Shown piece after piece: positions 20,951 to 32,669 of a stretch of DNA of 64,000 bases (its first letter is position 1; every line of letters begins with the position of its first letter). Source of the stretch: Methanocaldococcus sp. 16A. Its GTDB lineage: Archaea > AGJL01 > Methanococci > Methanococcales > Methanocaldococcaceae. The stretch lies in the NCBI GenBank assembly GCA_049860595.1, contig CP187551.1; one strand, 5' to 3'. The position numbers and the translations under genes were made by a program. Under the pieces are notes generated by a model that saw only the letters and a program-made list of their open reading frames with translations, did not search any database and was not told where the DNA came from.

Positions 20951-21150
20951 TTTTAAATTTTAATTCTATGTTGGTAGTTCATTCTTTTTATCGCATATAT
21001 ATTTATAAATTTAAATTAATAAATTAATGTTTATAAAAAATCAAAAATTATATAAAATTGTTTGTCCAATAGTAATTACAGATAACCTTATAGTATAAAT
21101 ATATACTCCAGTTTTTCTTATAAGAAAAAATTTTCCCTTGGGATGATAAC

Positions 21151-21936
21151 ATGGAGATTAAAGAAATCACGATTGTTGGAGGTTATGACAAGAACGGCAA
21201 CCCTGAGCCAGTTAAAGAGGTTACAATAAAAAGAGGAGAGATTGTTGGAGTTGTTGGACCAACAGGTAGTGGAAAATCAAACTTAATCAGCGATATTGAG
21301 CAATTGGCTCAGGGAGATACTATCTCTAAAAGAAAAATTTTAGTTAATGGTGAAGTTCCACCAATAGAAATGAGAAGAGACCCAAAAAAGAGAAGAATTG
21401 CTCAACTATCTCAAAATATGAATTTCTTAGCTGATATGACTGTAGAAGAGTTTATTTTAATGCATGCAAAGAGTAGGGGAGTTTATATGGAAAATATAGT
21501 TGATGAAGTTTTAGAGTTAGCAAATAGATTAACAGGAGAGCCAATAAAGAAAGATTACAACTTAACAATTCTTAGTGGAGGGCAGTCAAGGAGTTTAATG
21601 GTTGCTGATGTAGCTGTAATAAGTGATTCTCCTATTGTATTGATAGATGAGATTGAAAATGCTGGAATCAAAAAGCATGAAGCTTTAGAACTATTGGCAG
21701 GATATGGAAAGATTGTTTTGGTTATAACTCACGACCCTGTCTTAGCTTTAATGACTGATAGAAGGATAGTGATGAGAAACGGAGGAATGCAGAAGATTAT
21801 AGAAACTACTGAAGAAGAGAAGGAAATTTCAAGAAGAATAAATGAAGTTGATAACTGGCTACTTTCTCTAAGAGAAAAAATTAGGTTTGGGGAGAGATTA
21901 ACTTACGAAGATGTAAGTTTGGTGGTGAAAGAATGA
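21151..21936 (+). CDS. ABC-type ATPase with no neighbouring permease
   Basis: [21 protein letters not shown]. Confidence 0.88.
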   Translation: MEIKEITIVGGYDKNGNPEPVKEVTIKRGEIVGVVGPTGSGKSNLISDIEQLAQGDTISKRKILVNGEVPPIEMRRDPKKRRIAQLSQNMNFLADMTVEEFILMHAKSRGVYMENIVDEVLELANRLTGEPIKKDYNLTILSGGQSRSLMVADVAVISDSPIVLIDEIENAGIKKHEALELLAGYGKIVLVITHDPVLALMTDRRIVMRNGGMQKIIETTEEEKEISRRINEVDNWLLSLREKIRFGERLTYEDVSLVVKE

Positions 21937-22634
21937 AAGTGGCTATAATTGCAGGAACTCCAGGAGCTGGAAAAACGTCTGTTCTTATTCATACAATAAG
22001 AACTCTAATTAATGAAAATTATAAACCTGTTGTTGTAAAAATTGATTGTTTATATACTGATGATGATATTAGGTATAAAAAATTAGGAATTCCAGTTTTG
22101 GTAGGTTTAAGTAAAGATATGTGTCCAGACCACTTTGCAATATACAACTTTGAAGAAATGGTTGATTGGGCTAAGGATAAGGGAGATATCTTGCTTATAG
22201 AAACAGCTGGTCTCTGCCATAGATGTGCTCCCTACACAAAAAATAGCTTAGGGATTTGTGTCATTGATGCCACTTCAGGCCCAAATACACCAAGAAAAGT
22301 AGGGCCGTTTTTAACAAGTGCAGATATTGTAGTTATTACAAAAGGAGATATCATCTCTCAAGCTGAAAGAGAAGTTTTTAGAGAAAGAGTTTTAGAGATG
22401 AATCCAAATTGTAGAATTTATGAAGTTAATGGACTAACAGGGCAGGGATGTGTTGAAATTGCAAAAGAAATCATTGAAAGCGAAGATATTAAAGATTTAG
22501 AAAATGAAGAGTTAAGGCATAACGCCCCATTATGTATTTGCACCTTGTGTGTTGGAGAAACAAGAGTCTCAAAGAAATATCACAGAGGGATTTTAAGAAG
22601 AATAGATGGATTCATGGAATATGAAGGGGAGTAA
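21933..22634 (+). CDS. HypB/UreG-like (G3E) GTPase, Cys-rich
   Basis: [25 protein letters not shown]. Confidence 0.82.
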   Translation: MKVAIIAGTPGAGKTSVLIHTIRTLINENYKPVVVKIDCLYTDDDIRYKKLGIPVLVGLSKDMCPDHFAIYNFEEMVDWAKDKGDILLIETAGLCHRCAPYTKNSLGICVIDATSGPNTPRKVGPFLTSADIVVITKGDIISQAEREVFRERVLEMNPNCRIYEVNGLTGQGCVEIAKEIIESEDIKDLENEELRHNAPLCICTLCVGETRVSKKYHRGILRRIDGFMEYEGE

Positions 22635-22635
22635 A

Positions 22636-23280
22636 ATGATTAAGATAGAGGAAATCGCCAAATACCTTCCAGGATTTAATTGTGGAGCTTGTGGATATAA
22701 GAGATGTGATTTATTTGCTGAGGCATTATTGAATAAAGATGTAAAATTAGAGGATTGCCCATTTTTGCTTAGAGAGAAATATAAGGAGAATTATAAAAAA
22801 TTAAAAGAGATTTTAAATATTAAAGGAGAAATTAAAAAAGAAGAAAAATATGTTGGAGTTATTGATGGATATGAGGCAGATTTTCTACTAAAACCACTAC
22901 CAAATGAATGTTCTTGTAGAGAAACATTATTAATTATAGATAAGAAGGAGCTTAAAGTTGGAGATTATATAAGATATAGACCTTTGGGCTGTCCAATTCC
23001 ACACTTTGCTAAAATTATAGATGAATATCATGGGTTATATACAATCCACGTAGTAGGGCCGTGCCATAGAATAAATGAGAAAAAGATAGAGTATAAAGAT
23101 GTTGGTATAGCCATAGTTGTTGCATTTGAGGGAATTGTAGAGGGTAAAGTTCCAGAAGTTGGAAAGACAGTTAAATTCATCCCAAAACATTGCATGATGC
23201 AGAAGGTTCATTCTGGAGTAGTAGTTCAAGTTGAAGGAAAAAGAGTTTATATTGAAGGAATAGATTTAAAGGTATTCTAA
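22636..23280 (+). CDS. Fe-S cluster domain protein
   Basis: [16 protein letters not shown]...CP domain plus further Cys/His motifs. Confidence 0.8.
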   Translation: MIKIEEIAKYLPGFNCGACGYKRCDLFAEALLNKDVKLEDCPFLLREKYKENYKKLKEILNIKGEIKKEEKYVGVIDGYEADFLLKPLPNECSCRETLLIIDKKELKVGDYIRYRPLGCPIPHFAKIIDEYHGLYTIHVVGPCHRINEKKIEYKDVGIAIVVAFEGIVEGKVPEVGKTVKFIPKHCMMQKVHSGVVVQVEGKRVYIEGIDLKVF

Positions 23281-23289
23281 GAATTTTGT

Positions 23290-23772
23290 TTATTTTATCA
23301 TCTTCACAGAATCTTTTAATCTTGCTGATGCATCTACCATACCAATTAATCTTGGGTCTATACCGCTAACATCCCCATACTTTATATAATCAGTTACAGT
23401 TGGTTTTATTTTGGTAAATGCACCTACATAAATATCATATCCAAATGGAAAGTTTTTCTTACATATTTCTTCTATTCCATCCATTATTTTTTCAAGTTTT
23501 TCTCCATCAACTGTTACAATTATTTCCCCAACTTTAACTCTTAATTCCATTTCCTCGCCTTTAACCTTAATAACTTTTCTATCTTGATGATTTACTGGCA
23601 GTCCTCTTGCAGGACCAAATGGAACAGTCTTAGGCAAAGGTTGTCCATGAACTATTACCCTAACAATCCCATCCAAATCGTAAATCTCATTTAACACTTT
23701 TTCTGTAGTCTCTGCTTTCAAATACCTGTGTGGAAATATTTTTATATCAACAACCTTTATTTCTTCACTCAT
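23290..23772 (-). CDS. mcrD: Methyl-coenzyme M reductase operon protein D homolog (stand-alone)
   Basis: IFPHRYL...TTEKVLN, GPARG, PTVTDY. Confidence 0.85.
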   Translation of the reverse strand: MSEEIKVVDIKIFPHRYLKAETTEKVLNEIYDLDGIVRVIVHGQPLPKTVPFGPARGLPVNHQDRKVIKVKGEEMELRVKVGEIIVTVDGEKLEKIMDGIEEICKKNFPFGYDIYVGAFTKIKPTVTDYIKYGDVSGIDPRLIGMVDASARLKDSVKMIK

Positions 23773-24055
23773 AAATTTCACCTCGTTTTTCATAATCCTA
23801 CTATTTCTCTTAACCTTTATAATACTTTCGATAAATTTAATATTACTCTAAGAAAATTAAAAATTTAAATTTTATTATCTAAATTGATAAATATATAACT
23901 ATGTAGATAAGAAAAGCTTGGGAATAAACCTAAGTAATATATATCTCTTAAACTCAAATAATGAAAAAGCAAATTCCTATTCAATCTTTTTATATTACTA
24001 CATTATAATTAATTTTAAAAAATAAAGTAAAAATTTATTTTATGAGGTGTCTATT

Positions 24056-24847
24056 ATGAGAAGAGAATTTCCTGAAGAGGGAGATATAGTTATAGGAACA
24101 GTAAAGGATGTTAAGCCGTATGGAGCATTTGTAGAGCTTTTAGAATATCCAGGAAAGGAAGGGATGATTCATATCTCTGAGGTTACATCAGGATGGGTTA
24201 AAAATATTAGAGACCACGTTAAAGTTGGGCAGAGAGTTGTTGCAAAAGTTTTAAGAGTAGATGAAAAGAAGGGGCATATAGATTTGTCCTTAAAGAGAGT
24301 TACTGAGCAACAGAAAAGAGCAAAAGTTCAAGAATGGAAGAGATTCCAAAGAGCTTCAAAGATGCTCGAAAGAGCTGCTGAAAAATTAGGTAAAAGTTTG
24401 GAAGAAGCTTGGGAAGAAGTTGGATATTTATTAGAGGATGAGTTTGGAGAGTTATATAATGCCTTTGAAACCTTAGTTATAGAAGGGAAAGAAGTTTTAG
24501 ATGATTTAGAGATTAGCGAAGAATGGAAAGATGTTTTATATGAAGTTGCTAAAGAAAGTATAGAATTAACAAATGTTGAAGTTGAGGGAATAATTGAGAT
24601 GAAATCCTACGCACCAGATGGAATTAAACAAATAAAGAAAGCATTAACAACTGCTTTAAAAGCAAACCCTTATGATGATGTTGAAGTGAAAATAACTTAT
24701 ATTGGTGCTCCAAAGTATAGAGTGGAAGTTATAGCACCTGATTATAAGAGTGGAGAGGAAGTATTTAAAAAGGTATGTGAAAAAGCGGTACAGACAATTA
24801 AAAAACTTGGTGGAGAAGGAACTTACTATAGAGAGAGTAAGAAATAA
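24056..24847 (+). CDS. eif2a: Translation initiation factor aIF2 alpha
   Basis: S1 domain, KGHIDLSLKRV, YIGAPKY. Confidence 0.96.
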   Translation: MRREFPEEGDIVIGTVKDVKPYGAFVELLEYPGKEGMIHISEVTSGWVKNIRDHVKVGQRVVAKVLRVDEKKGHIDLSLKRVTEQQKRAKVQEWKRFQRASKMLERAAEKLGKSLEEAWEEVGYLLEDEFGELYNAFETLVIEGKEVLDDLEISEEWKDVLYEVAKESIELTNVEVEGIIEMKSYAPDGIKQIKKALTTALKANPYDDVEVKITYIGAPKYRVEVIAPDYKSGEEVFKKVCEKAVQTIKKLGGEGTYYRESKK

Positions 24848-24863
24848 GAAATAAGTGGTAAGG

Positions 24864-25031
24864 ATGAGAATGAAAAAATGTCCAAATTGTGGAACATATA
24901 CTTTAAAAGAAATCTGTCCAAAATGTGGAGAAAAAACAGTAATTCCAAAACCTCCAAAGTTTTCTATAGAAGATAGATGGGGAAAATATAGAAGGATGTT
25001 AAAGAGAGCTTTAAAGAATAAAAATAAATAA
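24864..25031 (+). CDS. nop10: H/ACA RNP protein Nop10, 55 aa (missing from ORF track)
   Basis: MRMKKCPNCGTYTLKEICPKCG...PPKFSIEDRWGKYRR; follows aIF2-alpha. Confidence 0.95.
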   Translation: MRMKKCPNCGTYTLKEICPKCGEKTVIPKPPKFSIEDRWGKYRRMLKRALKNKNK

Positions 25032-25088
25032 TTAAGGTAATATTTTTTTATTTCTTTTTTATTTTTAAAACATTAATTTTGTGATAAA

Positions 25089-25958
25089 ATGGAAGTTAAG
25101 CCATTTTTAAAGTGGGCAGGAGGAAAAACACAAATTTTAAAGCAAATAGATGAGAATTTACCTAATGAATTAAAAGAAGGGAAAATTAAAAAATATATTG
25201 AGCCATTTGTTGGTGGCGGAGCAGTTCTTTTTTATCTTTTACAAAAGTATGAATTTAAAGAGATAATCATTAACGATATTAATGAAGATTTGATGCTATG
25301 CTATAAGGTTGTTAAAAATGATGTTGATAGGTTAATTGAAGAATTATCATCCTTAAGAGATAAATTTTTATCATTAGATAATGAAAAAAGAAAAGAATTT
25401 TACTATAAAATAAGGGACGAATTTAATAAAACCAAAAATGAATATGATGATGTTAAAAGAGTAGCACAGTTTATATTTTTAAATAAAACATGTTATAATG
25501 GGTTGTATAGGGTTAATAAAAAAGGAGAATTTAATGTCCCTTATGGAAGATATAAAAATCCAAAAATTTTTGATGAAAATAATTTAAAGATGGTATCAAA
25601 ATTATTAAAAAATGTTATAATTATTTGTGGAGATTTTGAGATAGTTGATAAATATGTTGATGAAAAGAGCTTTGTTTATTTAGATCCTCCATATAAACCA
25701 TTAAATAAAACATCTTCTTTCACTTCCTACACAAAATATGATTTTAATGACTCTGACCAAATTAGATTAGCAAAATTCTATAGAAAGTTGGATAATAGAG
25801 GGACTAAATTGATGTTAAGTAACTCATATAACATTGAATTTTTTAGAAAGCTTTATGAGGGATTTAATATAAAAAAGGTTGTAGCTAAGAGAATGATTAA
25901 CTGTAAAGGGAATAAAAGAAAAAATGATGTTTATGAATTATTAATTATGAACTATTAA
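25089..25958 (+). CDS. Dam/DpnM-class DNA adenine methyltransferase (probably GATC)
   Basis: KWAGGK, EPFVGGGAV, YNGLYRVN, DPPY. Confidence 0.93.
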   Translation: MEVKPFLKWAGGKTQILKQIDENLPNELKEGKIKKYIEPFVGGGAVLFYLLQKYEFKEIIINDINEDLMLCYKVVKNDVDRLIEELSSLRDKFLSLDNEKRKEFYYKIRDEFNKTKNEYDDVKRVAQFIFLNKTCYNGLYRVNKKGEFNVPYGRYKNPKIFDENNLKMVSKLLKNVIIICGDFEIVDKYVDEKSFVYLDPPYKPLNKTSSFTSYTKYDFNDSDQIRLAKFYRKLDNRGTKLMLSNSYNIEFFRKLYEGFNIKKVVAKRMINCKGNKRKNDVYELLIMNY

Positions 25959-25992
25959 AATATTAAAAAGGATGATACTGAGGGATAGATTT

Positions 25993-26865
25993 ATGGATTT
26001 TGAAAATTTAATTAATAATCTTTTAGAAACAATAAAAACTTATGATTTCTTTGTAGATTGGGGGAAGATTGAAAATAATGTAAAAAAGATAGAAAAAAGA
26101 TTGCATATTCTAAATTACTTAATTGGAAAAGAAAACTTTAAAGAAGAATTTTTTGAATTATTAAAGGAATATCCTGAAGTAATTACTGTTTTTCCTATTT
26201 TAATTGCTGTTAGAGATAATAGAATAACCGTTTTAAATGAAAATATGGAATTAGAGACATTAGAATTTAAAGAGAAGAAATATTTAACTGATGAAGAAAT
26301 TGAAAGGTACTATAAATTTTTTAAAGAAAGTGGATTGGAGGATTTATTAAAAAATAGAAAAATAAAGAATTTGGTAGATTATGTTTTTGGTGTGGAAGTA
26401 GGGATGGACACAAATGCAAGAAAAAACAGAATAGGAGATTTAATGGAAAATATTGTTAAAAAATATATTGAAGATCTATGCAAACAACATAAAGAGCTCG
26501 ATTATATTTATCAAGCTACAAAAGACAAAATAAAAGAAAAATGGGGAATAAATTTAATATTGGATAAAACAAATAGAAAATTTGACTTTGCAATATTTAA
26601 CAAAAATAATAAAAAGTTGTATCTTATTGAGGTTAATTTTTATAGTGGAGGAGGTTCAAAATTAAAGGCAACGGCGGGAGAGTATAAAGCATTAAACGAA
26701 TTTATAAAAAACAAAAACAATAATGTCCAATTTATATGGATAACTGATGGAAAAGGATGGAATACCGCAAAAAATCCATTAAAAGAAAGTTTTAATAGTG
26801 GAGTTGTTATATTAAACTTAAAAATGGTTAAAAATGGCTTATTAAAAAAGATAATCTTGGGATAA
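25993..26865 (+). CDS. DpnII-family type II restriction endonuclease (probably GATC)
   Basis: [42 protein letters not shown]. Confidence 0.92.
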   Translation: MDFENLINNLLETIKTYDFFVDWGKIENNVKKIEKRLHILNYLIGKENFKEEFFELLKEYPEVITVFPILIAVRDNRITVLNENMELETLEFKEKKYLTDEEIERYYKFFKESGLEDLLKNRKIKNLVDYVFGVEVGMDTNARKNRIGDLMENIVKKYIEDLCKQHKELDYIYQATKDKIKEKWGINLILDKTNRKFDFAIFNKNNKKLYLIEVNFYSGGGSKLKATAGEYKALNEFIKNKNNNVQFIWITDGKGWNTAKNPLKESFNSGVVILNLKMVKNGLLKKIILG

Positions 26866-26866
26866 T

Positions 26867-27541
26867 ATGCAACTTAGAGTATCTTCAGGCAATATATTGA
26901 ATGAGAAAGTTCATAAAGTAGGGATTATAGCATTAGGCTCTTTTTTAGAAAATCATGGGGCTGTTTTACCAATAGATACTGATATAAAGATAGCATCATA
27001 CATTGCTTTAAAAGCGTCTATTTTAACTGGAGCTAAGTTTTTAGGAGTTGTTATTCCATCAACTGAATATGAGTATGTTAAACATGGAATACACAACAAA
27101 CCTGAAGAAGTTTATAGGTATATAAGATTTTTGATAAACGAAGGTAAAAAAATTGGTGTAGAGAAGTTTTTAATAGTTAATTGTCATGGAGGAAACATAT
27201 TAGTTGAACGTTTTTTAAAAGATTTAGAATATGAGTTTGATACAAAAGTAGAGATGATAAATATAACATTTACACATGCTTCAACAGAGGAAGTTTCTGT
27301 TGGTTATATAATTGGCATAGCAGATATTGATAGATTGGAAGAACACAACAACTTTAAGAAATATCCTGAGGTAGGAATGGTTGGATTAAAAGAGGCGAGA
27401 AAGAACAATAAAGCAATAGATGAAGAGGCAAAAATTGTTGAAAGATTTGGAGTTAAGTTAGATGAAAAACTTGGAGAAAAGATTTTAAATAACGCATTAG
27501 AAAAGGTTGTTGAAAAAATTATGGGACTTTTACAGGAATAA
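26867..27541 (+). CDS. arfB: FAPy deformylase (creatininase family)
   Basis: ENHG..LPIDTD, NCHGGN, THA..EE. Confidence 0.82.
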   Translation: MQLRVSSGNILNEKVHKVGIIALGSFLENHGAVLPIDTDIKIASYIALKASILTGAKFLGVVIPSTEYEYVKHGIHNKPEEVYRYIRFLINEGKKIGVEKFLIVNCHGGNILVERFLKDLEYEFDTKVEMINITFTHASTEEVSVGYIIGIADIDRLEEHNNFKKYPEVGMVGLKEARKNNKAIDEEAKIVERFGVKLDEKLGEKILNNALEKVVEKIMGLLQE

Positions 27542-27674
27542 ATATTTAAAAGCATTTTGATGCTTTCAGCATCATAATAAATACCTTAGAGAAGATATGG
27601 AATATGGTTTTTAAGAATTCATCACCGCCCTAAAGCAGAGTTTCTTAGCAACAACTAATGATAAAAGTCCCATA
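27520..27674. repeat. Family-A palindromic element, expanded; overlaps the arfB 3' end
   Basis: IR TATGGGACTTTT/AAAAGTCCCATA; hairpin TGATGC/GCATCA as in the 14813 copy; ~55 bp longer. Confidence 0.7.
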
Positions 27675-27697
27675 AAAGAGATGGCAAGGTGATATTC

Positions 27698-28228
27698 ATG
27701 GATAAAAAATCTAAATTAATAAAACTACTTAAGGATGTAGGATGTATAAAATTTGGAGAATTTATTTTGGCTTCTGGTAAAAAAAGCAACTACTATATAG
27801 ATATAAAGAAAGCTACAACAAATCCAGAGATTTTAAAGTTAATTGGGGAAATTATTGCTGAGAAAATAAAAGATGAAGATGTGAAAGTTGCTGGTGTTGA
27901 GCTTGGCTCAGTCCCTATAGCTACAGCTGTCTCAATTATTGCTCAAAAGCCGCTACTAATTGTTAGAAAAAAACCAAAAGATTATGGAACTAAAAATAAA
28001 ATAGAGGGTGAATTAAAGGAAGGAGATAAAGTTATTATTGTAGAAGATGTTACAACAACAGGAGGAAGCGTATTGAAAGCAGTTAAAGAGATTAGGGAGA
28101 ATGGAGGAATTGTAGATAAAGTTTTTGTAGTTGTTGATAGGTTAGAAGGAGCTAAGGAAAACTTACAAAAAGAGAATGTTGAATTAATTCCATTAGTTAC
28201 TGTTAAAGAATTACAATCCACTCAATAA
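27698..28228 (+). CDS. pyrE: Orotate phosphoribosyltransferase
   Basis: [19 protein letters not shown]. Confidence 0.95.
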   Translation: MDKKSKLIKLLKDVGCIKFGEFILASGKKSNYYIDIKKATTNPEILKLIGEIIAEKIKDEDVKVAGVELGSVPIATAVSIIAQKPLLIVRKKPKDYGTKNKIEGELKEGDKVIIVEDVTTTGGSVLKAVKEIRENGGIVDKVFVVVDRLEGAKENLQKENVELIPLVTVKELQSTQ

Positions 28229-29671
28229 ATCCAAAAACTTCTTTGTCTTTTCTTTTTTAACTTTACCAAACTTCTCTAACTTACTGACATCTATATTTTT
28301 ATCCTTTAAAATCTCTTTTATTGGCTCTATGAGAGCTATCTTTTTTAGCAAATCCTCAATCTCTTTCTTTTTAAAGTTAAATCTCTCTACAGTTTCCCAA
28401 TCATGAACCAAATATAAAGCCACTCCACCAATATTCTTTAAAGGAATCTGATACTTTGGAAGCTCCTCCTCTAATTTAAATTTTAAATCTAAGACATTTA
28501 TGCAATCAATTCCCTCAACTTTCATCCAAGATAAAAATCCTTTTTGTGGAGTTATCATAATAGATGGGAATAAATTACTCCTTGCTCTCTCATCCGGTGT
28601 TTTGTAGAGATAAAATTTAAACACATCTTCAGAGAATTTTTTTATCAAAATGTCCTTTGATATTTCCTTAGATAACTCATTTTTAATTTTAATAGCTTTT
28701 TTTAATAGTTCAGTTGGTTCTCCATCTTTGTATAATCCTTCCTTTTCTAATATCTCTTTAAGTTCAAGTTCTTTCAATTTTTTTTCTTCCATACATCTAA
28801 CATCCAAAACTCCACCACTAATCTCTTCTTCTTTCCTAAATAATAAGCAGAGTTCTAAATATTTATTTAAGAGTTTTTTCTCTTCTTCATTAAGCAACTT
28901 ATTAATCTTTTCATTTATCTTATTTTCAATTTCATCTTTGTAAGCGTTGAGATAGCCAATGGCTAAAACCCTTCTAACATATTGGTCGTCTATAATTTTA
29001 TTCTTTGAAAAATTCCTTTTTATTGATGTTATTATAGCATTTCCAAACTTTTCTTTAATATATTTCTCATAATTTTTGTCTTCAACTCTAACCCTCTTAA
29101 ATTCTCTCTTTCCTTTATCAATAACTATAAGGGATATTGTATAGGATGTTAAAATTCCTCTACCTTTTGGCTCTAAGATGTCTAAAAACTCTTTATAGGT
29201 TGTGACTAAATAAGGTGGGAATTCAAACATTATCTTTTTATATGAACCATCTAAAGGCAGATTTGGAGGCAAGTTTATATTACCAATATCTTCAGTTAAG
29301 TGAGCTAAGGCAATTTTGTGGGAAACTAAGGCATGTCTAACTCTCTCCAATATTCCCTTCTTTTCACTTGCTATTCTCCTTAAATATGTGCTGTAGCTTG
29401 CTATTTCTTGTAATCCTTCACTATCATATCCACCTTTTAACTTTCCAACGTTCTTATATGGAGAATCAAATTCTAAAAACTCCATTTTTGATTTTAAATC
29501 TTGCAAAATCTCTAAGTTTTTCTCTAAGGTTGATATAATATTGGATAATTCAGTTTTATCGATGGTTTTATTTTTTATTTTCTCAGATATCTCTTTTAAT
29601 TTATTGTTAATCCCATTTAAAGAATCCAAAAATTCATTGGCATTTTTTATTAAATTACTTGTATTTTCCAT
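28211..29671 (-). CDS. Conserved archaeal protein (DUF530-like)
   Basis: Long ORF, coiled-coil N-terminus; family by recall. Confidence 0.6.
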   Translation of the reverse strand: MENTSNLIKNANEFLDSLNGINNKLKEISEKIKNKTIDKTELSNIISTLEKNLEILQDLKSKMEFLEFDSPYKNVGKLKGGYDSEGLQEIASYSTYLRRIASEKKGILERVRHALVSHKIALAHLTEDIGNINLPPNLPLDGSYKKIMFEFPPYLVTTYKEFLDILEPKGRGILTSYTISLIVIDKGKREFKRVRVEDKNYEKYIKEKFGNAIITSIKRNFSKNKIIDDQYVRRVLAIGYLNAYKDEIENKINEKINKLLNEEEKKLLNKYLELCLLFRKEEEISGGVLDVRCMEEKKLKELELKEILEKEGLYKDGEPTELLKKAIKIKNELSKEISKDILIKKFSEDVFKFYLYKTPDERARSNLFPSIMITPQKGFLSWMKVEGIDCINVLDLKFKLEEELPKYQIPLKNIGGVALYLVHDWETVERFNFKKKEIEDLLKKIALIEPIKEILKDKNIDVSKLEKFGKVKKEKTKKFLDLLSGL

Positions 29672-30983
29672 AATCCCTCAACTCAATGATTTCTCCTTTT
29701 CTCGGATTAACATATTTCGGGATTGAAATGTTCTGTAAATTTCCATTAACAATATCTTTAAATAAATCAATAATATGGGAGTATTTCCTCTCTGCATAAG
29801 CAAATAACTTACAATCCTTAATAAAAACTTTATCATACTTTTTTAAAAAGCTCTCAACTCTCTCCTTCTTAAATATTTGAGGACCTTCTCTCAAAGTAAT
29901 TTTTGGTAGTTCATGCACTAAAAATTCCCAATATAGATAACAATAATTATCATCTGCAAAACACTTGCTACTTAAAATTACAAATTCATTTTTAACAATA
30001 GCTTTATTTATACTTTTTTGAAGCTTTTCCATCTGTGGATAGATGATGTCATCAACAACATCTTCCCTTGGGATTTTTAATATCAACCTATATCCATGCT
30101 CCCTATCTTCCAAAATTTCTTCCATTTTTTTAGCATAATCTCTAAAAAACTCTATAGACGGATTTTTTAAAAATTCTCTTGAATAAAATATAAATTTACA
30201 AAAGTTTTCTTTACTTAAAGGAGCAGCTACATTTCTATTTAAATCTACAGGGTCATAAACAATAAATGGCTCATCAAATTCCTTAAGATTTTTAATATCA
30301 ACATCTTTATAAATTTCAAATATATCCTTTAAAATTATCTTCTTCCCAATCTTCCAATTCTGAGCATCTTCTATAAGATTTATAAATGAACCATAGTGTA
30401 AAATCAACAACTCACACAAATAGCCAGAAAATCCTTTAGTTTTAACATCTGAGCCATATAAATTTAAACTTTTTAAAAATGCCTTTAGCAATCTAACTTC
30501 ATCACATAGTTTTTCATTTAATCTATCTTTTAAAAATTTGTGATGCAAAGGAGTTCTATCAACGGCAGAGATTATTTTTTCTCCAAAATCTATCTTATAG
30601 CATGGGACTATATCAACCTCATAATCATCTACTTTACCATTAACATAGGGATGAGATGCATAGTTTATATTATAAATTCCATTTAGCCTCTTTATAGCCT
30701 CAATCCCTATCTTTAACCCAATCTCTTCCAATTCATCTTCAGAAGTTGATTTATCAAACAATACAAAAATATCTATATCGTAATCATCCTTTAAATTAGT
30801 ATTTCTTGCTGAAGAACCTACCAACAAAACCTCTAAAACTGGATAATTGTTTTCTTTAACTATTTCCCATATTTTATTAATTATTTCATTTGCTTTATTT
30901 TGCAATTTTTTCATATCTTCCTTTGATGGTTTTATTTCTTTTAAAATCTCTTTTAATATATTTTCTATCAAAATAATCACCAA
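29655..30983 (-). CDS. cca: CCA-adding enzyme (class I)
   Basis: GSSARNT...DIDIF, YASHPY, SAVDRT, GFSGYLCELL. Confidence 0.95.
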   Translation of the reverse strand: MVIILIENILKEILKEIKPSKEDMKKLQNKANEIINKIWEIVKENNYPVLEVLLVGSSARNTNLKDDYDIDIFVLFDKSTSEDELEEIGLKIGIEAIKRLNGIYNINYASHPYVNGKVDDYEVDIVPCYKIDFGEKIISAVDRTPLHHKFLKDRLNEKLCDEVRLLKAFLKSLNLYGSDVKTKGFSGYLCELLILHYGSFINLIEDAQNWKIGKKIILKDIFEIYKDVDIKNLKEFDEPFIVYDPVDLNRNVAAPLSKENFCKFIFYSREFLKNPSIEFFRDYAKKMEEILEDREHGYRLILKIPREDVVDDIIYPQMEKLQKSINKAIVKNEFVILSSKCFADDNYCYLYWEFLVHELPKITLREGPQIFKKERVESFLKKYDKVFIKDCKLFAYAERKYSHIIDLFKDIVNGNLQNISIPKYVNPRKGEIIELRDYGKYK

Positions 30984-31865
30984 TTAAACCTTTAATGATA
31001 TTAAAATTCCAATCATTCCAAAAAATATTCCAATAATCCACAAAACTGCAACTAATTGATATTCTTTCATTGGTTTGTATTTCAATATCAACCTTGGTAG
31101 AGAGAGATAGCCTCCAATATAATATAGCTTTCCATCCTCTCTAAGAGTTGTTGGTTTATGCTCATCTCTACTCATAACTCCAGCACTTAAATATTTTAGA
31201 GCAGCATCTATTAGATAAGGCAACATTATAATCAAAAATGGAATATATTCTTTATATATAACTGCTAAAACAGCTAAGAAAGCTCCTATTGGTAGAGTTC
31301 CTACATCTCCAGGAAATACTTTCGCTGGATATTTGTTAAAGATTAATAACCCAAAATAAGAAGCAGAAAATATTAACGCTGATAGAAATCCAACTGTATA
31401 GTTATCTAAAAACAAAACAACAGCCAATGATATAGAAGCAATAATTCCCATTCCTATCTCTAATCCATTAAATCCCGCCAACATATTTGTTAAATTTGAG
31501 AATATCATTATTCCCAAAGCAATAAATAAAATCGCTATCAAATCAATATTGAAATTATTATAAAAAATAAATCCTACAACTAATCCAGAAATGAATAATA
31601 AAACTAACTTCTCTTTTGGTGAAAGCTTGGCTATATCATCTATAACTCCAATAATTCCAGCAACAATTATTGGAAGAACAAAAATTGGATTTATAAATGG
31701 AATAAATAAAACATTAGAAAACAATACTGCTAAACCCCCCATCTCTGGAACTTTAACTTTCTCTTTTTTATGCAAATCATAGCCAAATTTATAATTAACT
31801 ATCTTTTTCATTAAAAAATAACACAATACTGCAGAAAATATAAAAGAACATACTGGCAAAATCAT
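30984..31865 (-). CDS. MraY/GPT-family (GT4) polyprenyl-phosphate GlcNAc-1-P transferase, AglH-like
   Basis: PEMGG, IDD, NMLAGFNGLE, VFPGDVG. Confidence 0.88.
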   Translation of the reverse strand: MILPVCSFIFSAVLCYFLMKKIVNYKFGYDLHKKEKVKVPEMGGLAVLFSNVLFIPFINPIFVLPIIVAGIIGVIDDIAKLSPKEKLVLLFISGLVVGFIFYNNFNIDLIAILFIALGIMIFSNLTNMLAGFNGLEIGMGIIASISLAVVLFLDNYTVGFLSALIFSASYFGLLIFNKYPAKVFPGDVGTLPIGAFLAVLAVIYKEYIPFLIIMLPYLIDAALKYLSAGVMSRDEHKPTTLREDGKLYYIGGYLSLPRLILKYKPMKEYQLVAVLWIIGIFFGMIGILISLKV

Positions 31866-31866
31866 A

Positions 31867-32640
31867 CTATCCCCTCAATTTATTAGCTAAGCTCACAATT
31901 TTTTTAGCTCTCTCAATATCAATCTCATTATTAACAATCCCTTCTCTCTTTATCCATGTCCCAATTATAAAGCCATCTGCATAGTTCCAAAGTTTCTCTA
32001 AGTTGTTGTAAGTTGTTCCAGAGCCAACAATAACAGGAACATCAACCAATTCTTTAGCTAATTTTAGTTTTTCAACATCTACCTCTTTTCCAGTTCTCTT
32101 TCCACTAACAACTACAGCATCAGCTAAACCTCTCTCAACGGTATCTACTAATGAGCTTTCAAAATCCATAAAATGATATGCATGCTTCACATGAACATCT
32201 GCAAAAACCTTTATTTTACTTGGAAGTAATTTTTTTAGCATTGCTAATTCATGAGCTTTTCCCTCAATAATTCCTTGGTCAGTAAATGCTACTCCAGAAA
32301 GAACATTAACCCTAATGAAATCTGCTTTAACCGCATAGGCAATTGAATAAGCTCCAATGGCATCGTTTCTTAGAACATTTATTCCTAATGGAAGAGATAT
32401 TTCTTCCCTTATAGCTTTGGCTATTACTGTCATTGAAGCTATGGTTATTTTATCTACTTCTTTTTTAAATGGGACGTCTCCAAAATTTTCAATTAATATA
32501 GCATCAAAATTAGCATCTTCAAGCTTTTTACTCTCCTTTATAGCAAAATCTAAAATTTCATCAAAATCTTCATTATAATGATAAGAGCCAGGCAATGGCT
32601 TTAAATGAACCATTCCAATTAAAGGTTTTTTCTCAAACAT
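31867..32640 (-). CDS. BtpA/SgcQ family protein
   Basis: GMVHL.PLPG, ENFGD.PF, GINVLRND, DVHVKH. Confidence 0.9.
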   Translation of the reverse strand: MFEKKPLIGMVHLKPLPGSYHYNEDFDEILDFAIKESKKLEDANFDAILIENFGDVPFKKEVDKITIASMTVIAKAIREEISLPLGINVLRNDAIGAYSIAYAVKADFIRVNVLSGVAFTDQGIIEGKAHELAMLKKLLPSKIKVFADVHVKHAYHFMDFESSLVDTVERGLADAVVVSGKRTGKEVDVEKLKLAKELVDVPVIVGSGTTYNNLEKLWNYADGFIIGTWIKREGIVNNEIDIERAKKIVSLANKLRG

Positions 32641-32669
32641 GGTATCACTCAATCAAATAAAGATTTCTT

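Noticed and set aside
20758-21027. 89-aa ORF
   Set aside because: Runs across the GC-rich RNA candidate; no RBS or protein features.
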